A stretch of 64,000 bases of DNA, taken from the NCBI GenBank assembly GCA_016195825.1, contig JACPYV010000130.1, positions 3,719 to 67,718 on the forward strand, read 5' to 3'. Position 1 is the first letter of the stretch. Every line of letters starts with the position of its first letter. The DNA is from Burkholderiales bacterium. Lineage in GTDB: Bacteria > Pseudomonadota > Gammaproteobacteria > Burkholderiales > Burkholderiaceae_C. The notes beneath the pieces were generated by a model. That model was not told where the DNA came from. It made no database searches and was given only the letters and a program-made list of their open reading frames with translations. The translations under genes were made by a program, and so were the position numbers. Of this stretch, positions 9,207 to 21,797 are shown one piece after another.

Positions 9207-10919
9207 TTAGTTGCCCTGGTTGTCCAGCTTGGCGCGCAGCAGGGCGCCCAGGCTGGTGGTGCCGGCGTTCTCACGCTCGCTCGACTGGCTCAGGCGCTGC
9301 ATGGCTTCCTGGTTGTCGGCGTTGTCCTTGGCCTTGATGGACAGCTGGATGTTGCGGGTCTTGCGGTCGATGTTGACGACGATCGCAGTGACTTCGTCGC
9401 CTTCCTTCAGCACGTTGCGGGCGTCTTCCACGCGGTCGCGGGAGATTTCCGAAGCGCGCAGGTAGGCCATCACGCCGTCAGCCAGCTCGATCTCAGCGCC
9501 GCGCGGGTCGACGGTCTTGACCTTGCCGGTCACCGAGGCGCCACGGTCGTTGATCGTGGTGTAGGCGGTGAACGGGTCGCTGTCCAGCTGCTTGATGCCC
9601 AGCGAGATGCGCTCGCGCTCGACGTCCACGGCCAGCACGACGGCTTCGACTTCCTGGCCCTTCTTGAAGTTGCGGACGGCGGTTTCGCCGGTCTCGTCCC
9701 AAGAAAGGTCGGACAGGTGCACCAGGCCGTCGATGCCCTGGGCCAGGCCCACGAACACGCCGAAGTCGGTGATCGACTTGACCGGGCCCTTGACCTTGTC
9801 GCCGCGCTTGACGTTCTCGGCGAACTCTTCCCACGGGTTGGCCTTGCACTGCTTCATGCCCAGGCTGATGCGACGCTTGTCTTCGTCGATTTCCAGGACC
9901 ATGACTTCGACTTCGTCGCCCAGCGATACCAGCTTGCTGGGGGCGATGTTCTTGTTGGTCCAGTCCATTTCAGAGACGTGCACCAGGCCTTCGATGCCCG
10001 GCTCGATCTCGACGAACGCACCGTAGTCGGCGATGTTCGTGACCTTGCCGAACAGGCGCGTGCCGGTCGGGTAGCGGCGAGCCACGCCGAACCACGGGTC
10101 GTCGCCCAGTTGCTTGATGCCCAGCGAGACGCGGTTCTTCTCGGCGTCGAACTTCAGGACCTTGGCGGTCAGCTCTTGACCGACCGTCACCACTTCGCTC
10201 GGGTGACGGACACGGCGCCATGCCATGTCGGTGATGTGCAGCAGGCCGTCGATGCCGCCCAGGTCCACGAACGCACCGTATTCGGTGATGTTCTTGACCA
10301 CGCCGTTGACGATGGCGCCTTCGGACAGCGTTTCGAGCAGCTTGGCGCGCTCTTCACCCATGGAGGCTTCGACCACGGCACGACGCGACAGCACAACGTT
10401 GTTGCGCTTGCGGTCGAGCTTGATGACCTTGAATTCCATGGTCTTGCCCTCGAACGGGCTCATGTCCTTCACCGGGCGGGTGTCCAGCAGCGAACCGGGC
10501 AGGAAGGCGCGGATGCCGTTGACCAGGACGGTCAGGCCGCCCTTGACCTTGCCGGAGACGGTGCCGGTCACGAAGTCGCCGGACTCCAGGGCCGTTTCCA
10601 GGCTCAGCCACGAGGCCAGGCGCTTGGCCTTGTCGCGCGACAGAATGGTGTCGCCGTAGCCGTTTTCGATGGCATCGATGGCGACAGAGACGAAGTCGCC
10701 GACCTGGACTTCCAGTTCGCCCTGGTCGTTCTTGAACTCTTCGATGGGCACGTAGGCTTCGGACTTGAGGCCTGCGTTGACGACGACGAAGTTGTGTTCG
10801 ACACGAACGACTTCAGCCGAGATCACTTCGCCAGCGCGCATGTCGGAGCGCTGCAGCGACTCCTCGAACATGGCGGCGAAGGATTCCATGCCGGAAGCGG
10901 CGGTTTGGGTTTGGGACAT
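9207..10919 (-). CDS. rpsA: 30S ribosomal protein S1
   Basis: [10 protein letters not shown] start, six S1 repeats, LGALLRAKL end; strongly biased codons. Confidence 0.97.
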   Translation of the reverse strand: MSQTQTAASGMESFAAMFEESLQRSDMRAGEVISAEVVRVEHNFVVVNAGLKSEAYVPIEEFKNDQGELEVQVGDFVSVAIDAIENGYGDTILSRDKAKRLASWLSLETALESGDFVTGTVSGKVKGGLTVLVNGIRAFLPGSLLDTRPVKDMSPFEGKTMEFKVIKLDRKRNNVVLSRRAVVEASMGEERAKLLETLSEGAIVNGVVKNITEYGAFVDLGGIDGLLHITDMAWRRVRHPSEVVTVGQELTAKVLKFDAEKNRVSLGIKQLGDDPWFGVARRYPTGTRLFGKVTNIADYGAFVEIEPGIEGLVHVSEMDWTNKNIAPSKLVSLGDEVEVMVLEIDEDKRRISLGMKQCKANPWEEFAENVKRGDKVKGPVKSITDFGVFVGLAQGIDGLVHLSDLSWDETGETAVRNFKKGQEVEAVVLAVDVERERISLGIKQLDSDPFTAYTTINDRGASVTGKVKTVDPRGAEIELADGVMAYLRASEISRDRVEDARNVLKEGDEVTAIVVNIDRKTRNIQLSIKAKDNADNQEAMQRLSQSSERENAGTTSLGALLRAKLDNQGN

Positions 10920-11073
10920 GTTGATTGACCTTGGGTAGCGGCGGGGTGCCCCGACCACTGCTTGCAGACGAGCTGCGGGTTAAGTTGTTGACATCACCGC
11001 CCTCAGTGAGCTGACGCTCGGAGGGAAGGGCGGCGGGCCGTGGCTTCTCAGGCCTGGGCCGTGCTGAAAAGGA

Positions 11074-13077
11074 TCAGAACGGCCGGCGCTGTTGCCACCA
11101 AACCAGCATCTGATCCACCGAGGCTTCGATGGTCAGCGCCGAGTTGTCGAGCAGCTGCGCGTCCTGCGCGGGCTCGAGAGGCGAGGCCGAGCGGTTCTTG
11201 TCCCGTTCGTCCCGCGCTTCCAGATCTTCGCGCAAGCCTTTGATATTAGCCGAAATACCTTTGGAAATCAATTGCTTATACCGGCGCTCGGCGCGTGTGG
11301 CAGCGCTTGCCGTCAGGAAGACCTTGAGCGTCGCATCCGGGAAGATGGCCGTGCCCATGTCACGCCCGTCGGCGACCAGGCCGGGCAGGCGGCGGAAATC
11401 CAGTTGCAACTGGTGCAGAGCCTGGCGCACCTGGGGGTGCACGGCGACCTGGGAGGCCAGCAGCCCGGTAGCCTCGGCGCGCAGGCGGGCACTGACGTCT
11501 TCCTGGCCCAGGAAGACCTGGCCGTCGCTGAAACGCAGTTGCAGCGTCGGCACGATGGCCGCCACCGCTGCGCCATCGTCCAGGTTCAGGCCGGCACGGC
11601 GTGCTGCCAGCCCGGTGACGCGGTAAAGCGCACCGGAATCGAGCACGCCAAAGCCCAGTGCCTTGGCTGTCTCGTCCGCCAGCGTGCCCTTGCCGGATGC
11701 AGTCGGACCGTCGATGGTGATGACGGGCACGTCGGCCGTGTTGACCGTGACGACGCCGAACAGCGTCTCAAAGTAGTCCGGGAAGGTCTTGGCGACGCAA
11801 TGCGGCTCCAAGATGCGCACCGGCACCGGCCGGTCGGCGACCAGGCCGTTGAAGGCGGCCAGCGAGAAGCACATCGCGACGCGGTGGTCGTCGTAGGTGT
11901 GGATGGCTGCAGCCTTCCAGTCGCTCAGCGGCTGCACGCGGATCCAGTCTGGCCCTTCGTCCACCATCGCACCCAGCTTGCGCAGCTCGGTCGCCATCGC
12001 GGCGATGCGGTCGGTCTCCTTGACGCGCCAGCTGGCGATGTTGGTCAGCGTGGTCGGGCCGTCGGCGTACAGCGCCATCACAGCCAAGGTCATTGCCGCG
12101 TCGGGGATGTGGTTGCAGTCGAGCGTGATGCCCTTCAGCGGCCAGGCGCCGCGCTGCACCTCCAGCCAGTTCGGGCCGGCCCGGACCGAGGCGCCCATGG
12201 CCGCAGCGGCTTCGATGAAGCGCACGTCGCCCTGCAAGGATTCGCTGCCCACGCCTTCGATGCGCATCGGCGTGTCGGTGGCAGCGATGGTGCCTAGCGC
12301 AACAAAGTACGACGCCGACGACGCGTCGCCCTCGACGAAGACCTCGCCCGGCGAGCGGTAGCGGCTGCTGGCCGGAATGACGAAGGCCGCCCAGCCTTCG
12401 CGTCGGACGTCGATGCCGAAACGTGCCAGCAGGGCCAGCGTGATTTCGATGTAGGGCTTGGAGATCAGCTCGCCGATGACCTCGATACGGATGTCGCGCT
12501 CGGCCACTAGCGGCAGGGCCAGCAGCAGTGCTGTCAGGAACTGGCTGGACACGTCGCCGCGCACCTTGACCGGAGCATCGAGTGCCAATACCGACGGGCC
12601 ATGCAGGCGCAGCGGCGGATAGCCAGGATTGCCGAGATCGTCGATGGCACAACCCAGGCCGCGCAGCGCGTCAACCAGGTCGCCGATGGGGCGCTCGTGC
12701 ATGCGCGCCACGCCCGAGACCTCGAAGTCGCCGCCCTGCGTGGCCGCCAGCACCGCCAGCGCGGCGGTCAGCGGGCGCATGGCCGTGCCGGCGTTGCCCA
12801 GGAAGAGCTTGGCCTGCCTGGCCAGCAGCCTGCCGCCCAGGCCCACGATGCTGACCGTGTCGCCGTCCTGCGCCACGCCGCAGCCCAGGGCGCGCAGAGC
12901 ATCCAGCATGACGGCCGTGTCGTCGGAAGCCAGCAGGTCGCGCACGACGGTTCGGCCCTCGCTGAGCGCAGCCAGCAGCAGCACGCGGTTGGAAATGCTT
13001 TTGGAGCCGGGCAGGCGCACCGTGCCCGCGGCACCGCGCAGCGGCGGCAGGTCGAGGAAGGGGATCTTGAACATCAC
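11074..13077 (-). CDS. aroA: Bifunctional EPSP synthase / cytidylate kinase (AroA-Cmk fusion)
   Basis: [35 protein letters not shown], then [14 protein letters not shown] (Cmk P-loop) and DGRDMG. Confidence 0.93.
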   Translation of the reverse strand: MMFKIPFLDLPPLRGAAGTVRLPGSKSISNRVLLLAALSEGRTVVRDLLASDDTAVMLDALRALGCGVAQDGDTVSIVGLGGRLLARQAKLFLGNAGTAMRPLTAALAVLAATQGGDFEVSGVARMHERPIGDLVDALRGLGCAIDDLGNPGYPPLRLHGPSVLALDAPVKVRGDVSSQFLTALLLALPLVAERDIRIEVIGELISKPYIEITLALLARFGIDVRREGWAAFVIPASSRYRSPGEVFVEGDASSASYFVALGTIAATDTPMRIEGVGSESLQGDVRFIEAAAAMGASVRAGPNWLEVQRGAWPLKGITLDCNHIPDAAMTLAVMALYADGPTTLTNIASWRVKETDRIAAMATELRKLGAMVDEGPDWIRVQPLSDWKAAAIHTYDDHRVAMCFSLAAFNGLVADRPVPVRILEPHCVAKTFPDYFETLFGVVTVNTADVPVITIDGPTASGKGTLADETAKALGFGVLDSGALYRVTGLAARRAGLNLDDGAAVAAIVPTLQLRFSDGQVFLGQEDVSARLRAEATGLLASQVAVHPQVRQALHQLQLDFRRLPGLVADGRDMGTAIFPDATLKVFLTASAATRAERRYKQLISKGISANIKGLREDLEARDERDKNRSASPLEPAQDAQLLDNSALTIEASVDQMLVWWQQRRPF

Positions 13078-13970
13078 TTAGCCGTAGGGCGGCCGGGCGG
13101 GACAGCAGGGGTGGACAGGTTCCAGGCCGCGCGGCCTTCGGAGATGGGGCGCAGCGCCGCTTCTAGCGCCGCCGCGTCGCCGGTTTCGAGCAACGCTTCT
13201 AGCGCGTCCAGCGTGGCGCGGAAGCGCTTGGACTGTGCCAGCACGTCGCGCTTGTTGCTCAGCAGGATGTCCCGCCAGACGGCGGGGTCGCCGGCGGCGA
13301 TGCGCGTGAAGTCGCGGAAGCCCGGGCCGGCCAGGCTCAGGTAGTCGCGCGCCGCTGGCTGCTCGGCAATCGCCTGGAAGTAGGCGAAGGCCAGCAAATG
13401 CGGCAGGTGGCTGACGGCCGCAAACGCAGCGTCGTGGTTGTGCGGCCGCATCTTCAGCACCGTGGCACCCAGCGCCGACCACACGTCGGTGGCGCGCTGC
13501 ACCAGCTGCGGATTGGTGAAGGGCTGCGGCGTCAGGATGACTTGCCGGCCCTCGTACAGCGTGGCCTCGGCGTGCTGCACGCCGCCCGACTCCTTGCCGG
13601 CGATGGGGTGGCAGGGCACGAAGCTGGACGAGCGGTCACCCAGCGCGCGGCGCGCGGACTCGATCACGTCGCACTTGGTCGAGCCGACGTCCATGAACAG
13701 CACGCCCGGATTCACCAGATGGCGGATGGCCTTCAGCGTGCTTTCGGTGGCCGACACGGGCACGGCGATCAACACGATGTCCGAGCCCGACACGGCCAGC
13801 AGCGCAGACTCGGCCGCGACGTCGATGACACCCAGCTTTTTGGCCTGCTCGGTGGTGGAGGGCGACTTGCTGTAGCCGACGACACGCTTGACCAGGCCGG
13901 CGCGCTTCATCGCCAGCGCGAAGCTGCCGCCCATCAGGCCGCATCCGATCACGCCGAGCTGGTTGAACAT
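13074..13970 (-). CDS. tyrA: Prephenate/cyclohexadienyl dehydrogenase
   Basis: GCGLMGGS Rossmann motif, [28 protein letters not shown]. Confidence 0.9.
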   Translation of the reverse strand: MFNQLGVIGCGLMGGSFALAMKRAGLVKRVVGYSKSPSTTEQAKKLGVIDVAAESALLAVSGSDIVLIAVPVSATESTLKAIRHLVNPGVLFMDVGSTKCDVIESARRALGDRSSSFVPCHPIAGKESGGVQHAEATLYEGRQVILTPQPFTNPQLVQRATDVWSALGATVLKMRPHNHDAAFAAVSHLPHLLAFAYFQAIAEQPAARDYLSLAGPGFRDFTRIAAGDPAVWRDILLSNKRDVLAQSKRFRATLDALEALLETGDAAALEAALRPISEGRAAWNLSTPAVPPGRPTAK

Positions 13971-13972
13971 GA

Positions 13973-15070
13973 TCAGTTCTTGACTGGGTAGGCGCCCAGC
14001 ATCTTGAAGAAGGCGCAATGCTCGCGCAATTCGGCCAGCGCGCCGGCCACGTTGGGCTGGCTGGGGTGGCCGTCGAGATCGATGTAGAAGTAGTAGTCCC
14101 ACTGGCCGGTGCGGGCCGGGCGGGATTCGAGCCGGGTCATGGACACGCCGTGGGTCTTCAGCGGCACCAGCAGGTCGTGCATGGCGCCCGGACGGTTGGG
14201 CACGGACACGACCAGGCTGGTGCAGTCGCGGCCGGTGGCCGGCGGCGTGGCCATGGTCTGCGGCAGGCAGATGACGGCGAATCGCGTGCGGTTGTAGGCC
14301 TCGTCCTGGATGGCGTGGGCCGTGATGTGCAGGCCGAACAGCGTGGACGCGCGTTCACTTCCCAGCGCGGCCCAGGCCGGGTTGGTGGCGGCCAGGCGCG
14401 AGCCCTCGGCGTTGCTGGACACGGCGCGGCGTTCGACGTCGGGCAGGTGCTTGTTGAGCCAGTTCTGGCACTGGGCCAGCGCCTGCGGATGCGCCAGCAC
14501 GGCCTCAATGCCATGCATGGACGGCTCCTTGCGCATCAGGTTGTGCCGGATCAGCAGCGACACCTCGCCGACGACGTGGCAAGGCGTGTGCAGGAACAGG
14601 TCCAGCGAGCGCGTGACGACGCCCTCGGTCATGTTTTCGACGCCGACGACGCCGAACTGCGCGCTACCCGAGGCCGTCGCATGGAAGACCTCGTCGAAGC
14701 TGGCGCAGTAGACGAGGTCTGCGGCGCCGCCGAAGTATTCGATGGCAGCCTGTTCGCAGAAGGTGCCCACCGGGCCCAGCACGGCGACGCGCTGCGGCGA
14801 TTCCAAAGCCAGGCAGGCGGACATGATCTCGCGCCAGATAGCAGCCACATGCTCGCCCTTCAGCGGCCCTGGGTTGGCTGCGCGGATCTTCTCAATGACC
14901 TGGGCCACACGGTCCGGGCGGAAGAAGGGGGTGCCCTCGGCGCGCTTGATTTCGCCGACCTTCTCGGCGACGCGGGCGCGTTGGTTCAGCAGCTCCAGCA
15001 GTTGCTTGTCCAGGCCGTCGATCTGGTCGCGCAGCGCCAGCAGGGCCTGGGAGGCGATGGGTTCAGCCAT
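13973..15070 (-). CDS. pheA: Chorismate mutase / prephenate dehydratase
   Basis: LRDQID CM domain, SHPQALAQC-like [17 protein letters not shown] domain SMTRLESRP. Confidence 0.95.
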   Translation of the reverse strand: MAEPIASQALLALRDQIDGLDKQLLELLNQRARVAEKVGEIKRAEGTPFFRPDRVAQVIEKIRAANPGPLKGEHVAAIWREIMSACLALESPQRVAVLGPVGTFCEQAAIEYFGGAADLVYCASFDEVFHATASGSAQFGVVGVENMTEGVVTRSLDLFLHTPCHVVGEVSLLIRHNLMRKEPSMHGIEAVLAHPQALAQCQNWLNKHLPDVERRAVSSNAEGSRLAATNPAWAALGSERASTLFGLHITAHAIQDEAYNRTRFAVICLPQTMATPPATGRDCTSLVVSVPNRPGAMHDLLVPLKTHGVSMTRLESRPARTGQWDYYFYIDLDGHPSQPNVAGALAELREHCAFFKMLGAYPVKN

Positions 15071-16151
15071 GGCGGGCCTCGAAATCCTTCAGGAATTCCA
15101 CCAGCGATTGGACGCCTTCCAGCGGCATCGCGTTGTAGATGGAGGCGCGCATGCCCCCGACCGACTTGTGACCCTTGAGCTGCAGCAGGCCGGCTGCCTT
15201 GGCTGAGGCAAGGAAACTGTCGTTGAGCTTCTCATCCTTCAGGAAGAAGGGCACGTTCATGCGCGATCGGCAGCTGGCGTCGACACGGTTCTCGTAGAGC
15301 CCGGACGTGTCCAGCGCTCCGTAGAGCATGGCGGCCTTGTCGACGTTGCGCTGCTCGACGGCCGCAAGGCCTCGCTTGCCAGCGTAGTCAAAGCCCTTGA
15401 CCCACTGGAACACCAGGCCGGCAACGTAGATCGCAAACGTCGGCGGCGTGTTGTACATGGACTGGGACGCCGCCACGGTCTCGTAGTTGAAAGCCGTGGG
15501 GCAGATGTCCAACGCGCGGCCTAGCAGGTCGTCGCGCACGAACACCAGCGTCAGGCCGGCCGGACCGATGTTCTTCTGTGCGCCACCGAAGGCCAGCCCC
15601 ACGCGCTCCCATGCGATGGGGCGGGACAGCATGTGCGACGAGCAGTCGATGACCAGCGGCACGCCATTGGTGATGTGCGGCAGCTTGTGGAACTCGACGC
15701 CGTCGATGGTCTCGTTGGTGCAGACATGCACATAGGCTGCGTCGTCGCGCAAAGCCCAATCGCGCGGAATCTCGCGGCCATTACCTTCGGCGGCCACCTG
15801 CACGTCGGCGTAGCGCCGCGCCTCGGCCGCGCTCTTGCGCGACCAGGAGCCCGTCACCACCACGTCCACCTTGCCGCCGCGGCTGAGGTTCATCGGCACG
15901 ATGGCGTTCTCGCCCAGGCCGCCGCCCTGCATGAACAGGATGCGGAAGTTGGTCGGCACCGCCAACAGTTCGCGCAGATCAGCCTCCGCGCACTCGTAGA
16001 TGGAGATGAACTCCTTGCCGCGGTGGCTCATCTCCATGACGCTCATGCCGCTGCCCTGCCAGTCCAGCATCTCGGCCGCCACCTGGCGCAGCACGGGTTC
16101 GGGCAGCGTGGCGGGGCCGGCAGAGAAGTTGAACGGGCGCGGTGAGGTCAT
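15063..16151 (-). CDS. serC: Phosphoserine aminotransferase
   Basis: [21 protein letters not shown] (PLP Lys), [15 protein letters not shown]. Confidence 0.95.
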   Translation of the reverse strand: MTSPRPFNFSAGPATLPEPVLRQVAAEMLDWQGSGMSVMEMSHRGKEFISIYECAEADLRELLAVPTNFRILFMQGGGLGENAIVPMNLSRGGKVDVVVTGSWSRKSAAEARRYADVQVAAEGNGREIPRDWALRDDAAYVHVCTNETIDGVEFHKLPHITNGVPLVIDCSSHMLSRPIAWERVGLAFGGAQKNIGPAGLTLVFVRDDLLGRALDICPTAFNYETVAASQSMYNTPPTFAIYVAGLVFQWVKGFDYAGKRGLAAVEQRNVDKAAMLYGALDTSGLYENRVDASCRSRMNVPFFLKDEKLNDSFLASAKAAGLLQLKGHKSVGGMRASIYNAMPLEGVQSLVEFLKDFEARHG

Positions 16152-16164
16152 CGAGATCAGAGGG

Positions 16165-16752
16165 CTACTTTTTCGGCGTGGATGCGGCGGGCTTGGGGGC
16201 CGGGGCGGATGCCGCAGGCGGCTGGATGCCGAGCTGCTTGGCCAGGTTGCCCTGCAGCGTCTTCAGCCGGCCTTCCAGCGTCGGGCCGGCCTCGGCCATC
16301 ACCTTCTGTGCGACCGCCTTCTGCAGCTCCACGCTCGCGAGACCAAACTTCTGGCTGACTGGCGATTCTGCCCAGACCACGATCTGCTTCAGTTCGTCCT
16401 CGTTGAAGCGTTCATCCAGCAGCGCCGAAGCCGTCGCCGGCACAGCCTTGGAGATCTTGTCCTTCAGGTAGGGCACGTTCTCGTCGACGAACTTCTTCAA
16501 CTCGGCATCCATGGCCTTGGCCGTGGCCTCGCGCTTGTCCTGCGGCACCTGTTGCAGCGCGGCGCGGCCAGCTTGCATCAACTGCGGAAGCGGACCTTGG
16601 ACGATGTTGGCGGCCAGGCCATCAGCCAGGCCTTGCTGCTGAAGGGCCACGATCTTGTCGATCAGCGCCTTCTTGGCCGGCGACGGGTCGGCCACAGCGG
16701 TGCCGGTGGCCAGCGCGATTGCGAGGGCCAGGCCAAGCTTGCGAAAAGTCAT
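16165..16752 (-). CDS. Secreted DUF2059-like protein
   Basis: Signal peptide [21 protein letters not shown]; [16 protein letters not shown] motif; 1 bp after the gyrA stop. Confidence 0.7.
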   Translation of the reverse strand: MTFRKLGLALAIALATGTAVADPSPAKKALIDKIVALQQQGLADGLAANIVQGPLPQLMQAGRAALQQVPQDKREATAKAMDAELKKFVDENVPYLKDKISKAVPATASALLDERFNEDELKQIVVWAESPVSQKFGLASVELQKAVAQKVMAEAGPTLEGRLKTLQGNLAKQLGIQPPAASAPAPKPAASTPKK

Positions 16753-16753
16753 G

Positions 16754-19405
16754 TCAGTCCTTGGGGGCTTCGGGGGTGTCACCGGCCTCGCCGGGTTCGG
16801 CGGCATCGGCTTCGTTGGTTTCATTCGCGTCGTTCTCGACGATGCGTTGCAGGCCCGACAGCTTGCTGCCGTCGTCCAGCGCGATCAGCGTCACGCCCTG
16901 CGTGGCACGACCCAGTTCGCGGATCTCGCTGACACGGGTGCGCACCAACACGCCCTTGTCTGTGATCAACATGATCTCGTCTTCCGGGCGCACCAGCGTC
17001 GCGGCGACGACGCGGCCGTTGCGCTCGCTCTGCTGGATGGCGATCATGCCCTTGGTCCCGCGGCCGTGCCGGGTGTACTCGACGATGCTGGTGCGCTTGC
17101 CGTAGCCGTTCTCGGTGGCGGTCAGCACGCTCTGCGTCTCGTCCTCGGCCACCAGCATGGCGATCAGGCGCTGGTCGGGTTCCAGCATCATGCCGCGCAC
17201 GCCGCGGGCAGTGCGGCCCATGGGGCGAACATCGTCCTCGTCGAAGCGCACCGCCTTGCCGCCGTCGCTGAACAGCATCACGTCGTGGTGGCCGTCGGTC
17301 AGCGCGGCGCCGATCAGGTGGTCACCCTCGTCGAGGTCGACGGAAATGATGCCGGCCTTGCGCGGGTTGCTGAAGTCCTTGAGCGAGGTCTTCTTGACCG
17401 TGCCCATGGCCGTGGCCATGAAGATGAAGTGGTCCTCGGGGAAGCTGCGGAACTCGCCGGTCAGCGCCAGCACGACGGTGATCTTCTCGTCGGCCTGCAG
17501 CGGGAACATGTTGACGATGGGCTTGCCGCGCGAGTTGCGCGAGCCCTGCGGCACTTCCCATACCTTGAGCCAGTAGACGCGCCCGCGGTTGGAGAAGCAC
17601 AGCAGCCAGTCGTGCGTGTTGGCAATGAAGAGCTGGTCGACCCAGTCGTCGTCCTTGGTCTGCGTGGCCTGCTTGCCGCGGCCGCCGCGCTTTTGCGCGC
17701 GGTACTCGCTCAGCGCCTGGCTCTTGATGTAGCCGGTGTGCGAGAGCGTCACGACCATGTCGGTCGGCGTGATCAGGTCCTCGGTGCCCAGTTCCTGCGC
17801 GTTGTGCTCGATGACGCTGCGGCGAGCGCCCAGCTTGGTCTGGCCGAACTCGGTCTTCAACTGCACCAGCTCGTCGCCGATGATGGTCGTCACGCGTGCC
17901 GGCGTGGCCAGGATGTCAAGCAGATCGGCGATCTCGGCCATCACGTCTTTGTATTCGCCGACGATCTTGTCCTGCTCCAGGCCGGTCAGGCGCTGCAAGC
18001 GCATCTGCAGGATTTCGCTGGCCTGCGAGTCGGACAGGCGGTACAGCCCATCCGTCTGCATGCCGTATTCGGCCTCCAGGTTGTCCGGGCGGAAGGCGGC
18101 GCGACCACCGGGCGTCTGGCCTTCGGCGCGGCTCAACATCTCACGCACCAGCGATGAATCCCAGCTCTTGGCCATCAGCGCAGCCTTGGCGACCGGCGGC
18201 GTGGGCGAGGTCTTGATGGTCTCGATGAACTCGTCGATGTTGGCCAGCGCGACGGCCAGGCCTTCCAGCACATGGCCGCGCTCGCGGGCCTTGCGCAGCT
18301 CGAAGATCGTGCGGCGGGTCACCACCTCGCGGCGGTGCTCCAGGAACACCACGACCATGTCTCGCAGATTGCACAGTTTGGGCTGGCCGTCGACCAGCGC
18401 CACCATGTTCATGCCGAAGCTGTCCTGCAGCTGCGTCTGCTTGTAGAGGTTGTTCAGCACCACCTCGGGGACTTCACCGCGCTTGAGCTCGATGACGACG
18501 CGCATGCCCGACTTGTCGGACTCGTCCTGAATGTGGCTGATGCCCTCGATCTTCTTCTCGTGCACCAGTTCAGCGATGCGTTCGAGCAGCGTCTTCTTGT
18601 TGACCTGGTAGGGGATCTCGTCAACGATGATCGATTGGCGCGAGCCCTTGTCGATGTCCTCAAAATGCACCTTGGCGCGCATCACAACGCGGCCGCGCCC
18701 GGTGCGGTAGCCGTCGCGCACACCGGCCAGGCCGTAGATGATGCCGGCAGTGGGGAAGTCCGGCGCCGGGATGATCTCCATCAGCTCATCGACCGTGGCG
18801 TCCGGCTTGCGCAGCGCGAACAGGCAGGCGTCCACCACTTCATTGAGGTTGTGCGGCGGAATATTCGTCGCCATACCCACGGCAATACCCGACGAACCGT
18901 TCACCAGAAGATTTGGCAAACGGGTCGGCAGCACCAGGGGCTCTTTATGGCTGCCGTCGTAGTTGGGCCCGAAATCGACCGTTTCCTTGTCGATGTCGGC
19001 CAGCATTTCGTGAGCGATTTTGTCGAGACGAATCTCGGTGTATCGCATCGCCGCAGCGTTATCGCCGTCAATGGAGCCGAAGTTGCCCTGGCCGTCGATC
19101 AGCATGTGGCGCAGGCTGAAAGGCTGCGCCATGCGCACGATGGTGTCGTAAATGGCCGAGTCGCCGTGCGGATGGTATTTACCCATGGTCTCACCCACGG
19201 CCTGCGCACTCTTGCGGTACTTGGCGTTGTAGGTGTTGCCCATCTCGTTCATCGCGTAGAGCACGCGGCGATGCACCGGCTTGAGGCCGTCACGGGCATC
19301 AGGAAGGGCGCGCCCCACGATCACGCTCATCGCGTAGTCGAGGTACGAGCGGCGCATCTCCTCCTCGAGGCTGATCGGCAGGGTTTCCTTGGCGAACTGG
19401 GTCAT
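16754..19405 (-). CDS. gyrA: DNA gyrase subunit A
   Basis: [12 protein letters not shown]122TE active site, GyrA-box QKRGGRG, C-terminal beta-pinwheel repeats. Confidence 0.97.
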   Translation of the reverse strand: MTQFAKETLPISLEEEMRRSYLDYAMSVIVGRALPDARDGLKPVHRRVLYAMNEMGNTYNAKYRKSAQAVGETMGKYHPHGDSAIYDTIVRMAQPFSLRHMLIDGQGNFGSIDGDNAAAMRYTEIRLDKIAHEMLADIDKETVDFGPNYDGSHKEPLVLPTRLPNLLVNGSSGIAVGMATNIPPHNLNEVVDACLFALRKPDATVDELMEIIPAPDFPTAGIIYGLAGVRDGYRTGRGRVVMRAKVHFEDIDKGSRQSIIVDEIPYQVNKKTLLERIAELVHEKKIEGISHIQDESDKSGMRVVIELKRGEVPEVVLNNLYKQTQLQDSFGMNMVALVDGQPKLCNLRDMVVVFLEHRREVVTRRTIFELRKARERGHVLEGLAVALANIDEFIETIKTSPTPPVAKAALMAKSWDSSLVREMLSRAEGQTPGGRAAFRPDNLEAEYGMQTDGLYRLSDSQASEILQMRLQRLTGLEQDKIVGEYKDVMAEIADLLDILATPARVTTIIGDELVQLKTEFGQTKLGARRSVIEHNAQELGTEDLITPTDMVVTLSHTGYIKSQALSEYRAQKRGGRGKQATQTKDDDWVDQLFIANTHDWLLCFSNRGRVYWLKVWEVPQGSRNSRGKPIVNMFPLQADEKITVVLALTGEFRSFPEDHFIFMATAMGTVKKTSLKDFSNPRKAGIISVDLDEGDHLIGAALTDGHHDVMLFSDGGKAVRFDEDDVRPMGRTARGVRGMMLEPDQRLIAMLVAEDETQSVLTATENGYGKRTSIVEYTRHGRGTKGMIAIQQSERNGRVVAATLVRPEDEIMLITDKGVLVRTRVSEIRELGRATQGVTLIALDDGSKLSGLQRIVENDANETNEADAAEPGEAGDTPEAPKD

Positions 19406-19669
19406 GCGGCGGGTTTACGCACGCGCTACACGCACGCGGCGTCCTCAGAGGTAGGTGAAAGGCGCGAATTCTAAGCGGCCCATCTCCATGTAGCAGCAGC
19501 GCAACATCGTCACCATGCCCATGAACGTAGGCCGCCACAATGCGTCCGTCTCGGTGCCCCCATGGCACAATCGTCGAGTCCCTAGGAGAAACCCTAAAGT
19601 CTCTCCTGAGGTTAGAGGTTGAGTACTGACTCTCGCAGGGCAACTGCGGCATTCCTTGAGAGGAGAATC

Positions 19670-20329
19670 ATGAAGAAACTGAATCGCGTGGCGTCGCTGT
19701 TTGCGGTGGCTGCGGTCGCCGCTGTGGCTTCGTCGGCCGCAATGGCCCAGACTGTTGACAACTGGCGCGCTACGGACGGCACCGTTTGGAAGAACGGCAC
19801 CAACGAATATTGCTGGCGCGACAACTTCTGGACGCCGGCCACGGCTGCCAAGGGTTGCGACGGCGAAATCAAGCCGGCACCGAAGGTCGAAGCTCCCCCG
19901 CCGGTGGCCCCCCCGCCTCCGGTCGCTCCGCCGGCTCCGCCGAAGGTCGTCACGCCTCCGCCTGCTCCGGTGAGCGAGAAGGTCACCTTCGCGGCTGACG
20001 CCTTCTTCGATTTCGATAAGGCCACGCTGAAGCCCGAAGCCACCGCCAAGCTGGATGACCTGGTCAGCAATACCAAGGGCATCAACCTGGAAGTCATCAT
20101 CGCCGTTGGCCACACCGACTCGGTGGGCAGCGACGAGTACAACCAGAAGCTGTCGATCCGCCGCTCGGAAGCCGTCAAGGCCTACCTGGTGAGCAAGGGC
20201 GTCGAGCCGAACCGCGTGTACACCGAAGGCAAGGGCGAAAAGCAGCCTGTGGCCGACAACAAGACTGCCGAAGGCCGCGCGAAGAACCGTCGCACGGAAA
20301 TCGAAGTCGTCGGTACGCGCAACAAGTAA
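19670..20329 (+). CDS. ompA: OmpA-family outer membrane/peptidoglycan-binding protein
   Basis: Signal peptide, Pro-rich linker, [25 protein letters not shown]; RBS AGGAG. Confidence 0.9.
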   Translation: MKKLNRVASLFAVAAVAAVASSAAMAQTVDNWRATDGTVWKNGTNEYCWRDNFWTPATAAKGCDGEIKPAPKVEAPPPVAPPPPVAPPAPPKVVTPPPAPVSEKVTFAADAFFDFDKATLKPEATAKLDDLVSNTKGINLEVIIAVGHTDSVGSDEYNQKLSIRRSEAVKAYLVSKGVEPNRVYTEGKGEKQPVADNKTAEGRAKNRRTEIEVVGTRNK

Positions 20330-20356
20330 GCTCGGGCGCCTGCGGGCGTTCAGCAC

Positions 20357-20396
20357 AAAGCCCCGCCGGCTCGCCGTCGGGGCTTTTTTTTGTTTT
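20357..20396 (+). terminator. Rho-independent terminator of ompA
   Basis: AAAGCCCCG...CGGGGCTTT followed by a long T run. Confidence 0.85.
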
Positions 20397-20405
20397 CAGG
20401 ACTTC

Positions 20406-21110
20406 ATGACGATCAATGCTGACCCGCAAGAGCTCGCCAAGTTCGGCGAACTCGCCCACCGCTGGTGGGATCCCGAGAGCGACTTCAAACCGCTGCACCA
20501 GATCAACCCGCTCAGACTGGGCTGGATACAGCAGCTGTGCCCGCTCGTGGGCAAGCGCGTGCTGGATGTGGGCTGCGGCGGCGGCATCCTGAGCGATTCC
20601 ATGGCCCGGGCAGGCGCCCAAGTGCTGGGCATTGACCTGTCGATCAAGCCGCTACGGGTGGCTGAGCTGCATGCGATGGAGGCTGGCACGGAGGGCGTCG
20701 AGTACCGCGAGATCGCCGTCGAAGCGCTCGCGATCGAGCAGCCGGCAGGCTTCGACGTGGTGACCTGCATGGAGATGCTGGAGCATGTGCCTGACCCGGC
20801 TTCGGTCGTGCGTGCCTGTGCCGCGCTGGTCAAGCCGGGTGGCTGGGTCTTCCTGTCTACGTTGAACCGCAACGCCAAGGCCTTCCTGCTGGCCATCGTC
20901 GGCGCCGAGTACGTGATGAAGATGCTGCCCAAGGGCACCCACGAGTACGCGCGCTTCCTGCGCCCGTCCGAGCTGGCGCAGTTTTGCCGCGATGCCGGCC
21001 TGGAGACCGAGGCCAGCCGCGGCCTGACCTACAACCCACTGACTCAGCGCTACAGCCTGGGGCAGGACACCGACGTCAATTACCTGATGGCCTGCCGCCG
21101 CCCACTGTGA
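20406..21110 (+). CDS. ubiG: Ubiquinone biosynthesis O-methyltransferase
   Basis: [31 protein letters not shown]. Confidence 0.95.
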   Translation: MTINADPQELAKFGELAHRWWDPESDFKPLHQINPLRLGWIQQLCPLVGKRVLDVGCGGGILSDSMARAGAQVLGIDLSIKPLRVAELHAMEAGTEGVEYREIAVEALAIEQPAGFDVVTCMEMLEHVPDPASVVRACAALVKPGGWVFLSTLNRNAKAFLLAIVGAEYVMKMLPKGTHEYARFLRPSELAQFCRDAGLETEASRGLTYNPLTQRYSLGQDTDVNYLMACRRPL

Positions 21111-21784
21111 AGCCGATTGCTGCGCGCTGGTCCCACCTACGGGCGGTGCTGTTCGATCTGGACGGCACGCTGATCGACAGTGCCGCGGATCTCGGCCGCG
21201 CGGCCAATGTCATGCGCGTCGAGCGCGGCCTTGAACCGCTGCCACTGGCGCAATACCGGCCGCATGGCGGCTCGGGTGCGCGCGGCATGCTGGGCCAGGC
21301 CTTCGACCTTGCGCCGGGTCAGCCTGGGTACGACGAGTTCAAGCGCGAGTTTCTCGACTGCTATGAGGGCTTGATGTATGACAGCACGCGCCCGTTCGAC
21401 GGCATCGAAGCAGAGCTGGCCGGGCTGGCCGGCCGCGGGCTTCCCTGGGGCATCGTAACGAACAAGGCTGAGCGTTTTGCGCTGCCGCTGGTGGCCGCAC
21501 TGCGCCTGGGTGCGGCAACCGTGGTGGGTGGCGACACGACGGGACATGCCAAGCCCCATCCGGCGCCGTTGCTGGAAGCCGCCCGCAGGCTCGGCGTGCC
21601 GGCTGCAGCCTGTCTTTATGTCGGCGACGACGAGCGCGACATCCTGGCCGGCCGGGCCGCCGGCATGGCAACGGCCGTGGCGGCCTGGGGCTACCTCGGC
21701 GCGGAGGCCCAACATGGGCATTGGGGCGCAGATATCGAGCTTGCCGCACCCGGCGAGCTCTTGAAGACGCTGGGACTGGCCTAA
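21107..21784 (+). CDS. gph: HAD phosphatase, phosphoglycolate phosphatase family
   Basis: [28 protein letters not shown]; GTG start overlaps the ubiG stop. Confidence 0.8.
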   Translation: MKPIAARWSHLRAVLFDLDGTLIDSAADLGRAANVMRVERGLEPLPLAQYRPHGGSGARGMLGQAFDLAPGQPGYDEFKREFLDCYEGLMYDSTRPFDGIEAELAGLAGRGLPWGIVTNKAERFALPLVAALRLGAATVVGGDTTGHAKPHPAPLLEAARRLGVPAAACLYVGDDERDILAGRAAGMATAVAAWGYLGAEAQHGHWGADIELAAPGELLKTLGLA

Positions 21785-21797
21785 ACTACACGGTTCT

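Noticed and set aside
9087-10928. Long antisense or alternate-frame ORFs (613 aa opposite rpsA; also 16655..18157, 34380..35993, 36249..37832, 42332..44617, 48316..50103, 50401..53109, 53813..56179)
   Set aside because: Shadow ORFs expected at this GC content; they mirror recognisable genes and show no independent motifs
11074-13077. AroA-Cmk fusion as a novelty
   Set aside because: A known arrangement in Comamonadaceae-like Burkholderiales
13074-15070. No hisC between pheA and tyrA
   Set aside because: The genes are 2 bp apart with no remnant, and hisC absence here is common in this group as far as I recall
19142-19159. Classical quinolone resistance in gyrA
   Set aside because: S83 and D87 are wild type; the unusual changes lie upstream in alpha3
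19890-19970. Poly-C run and Pro-rich repeats in ompA as a phase-variation tract
   Set aside because: Only 7 C within an ordinary Pro-rich linker; frame intact
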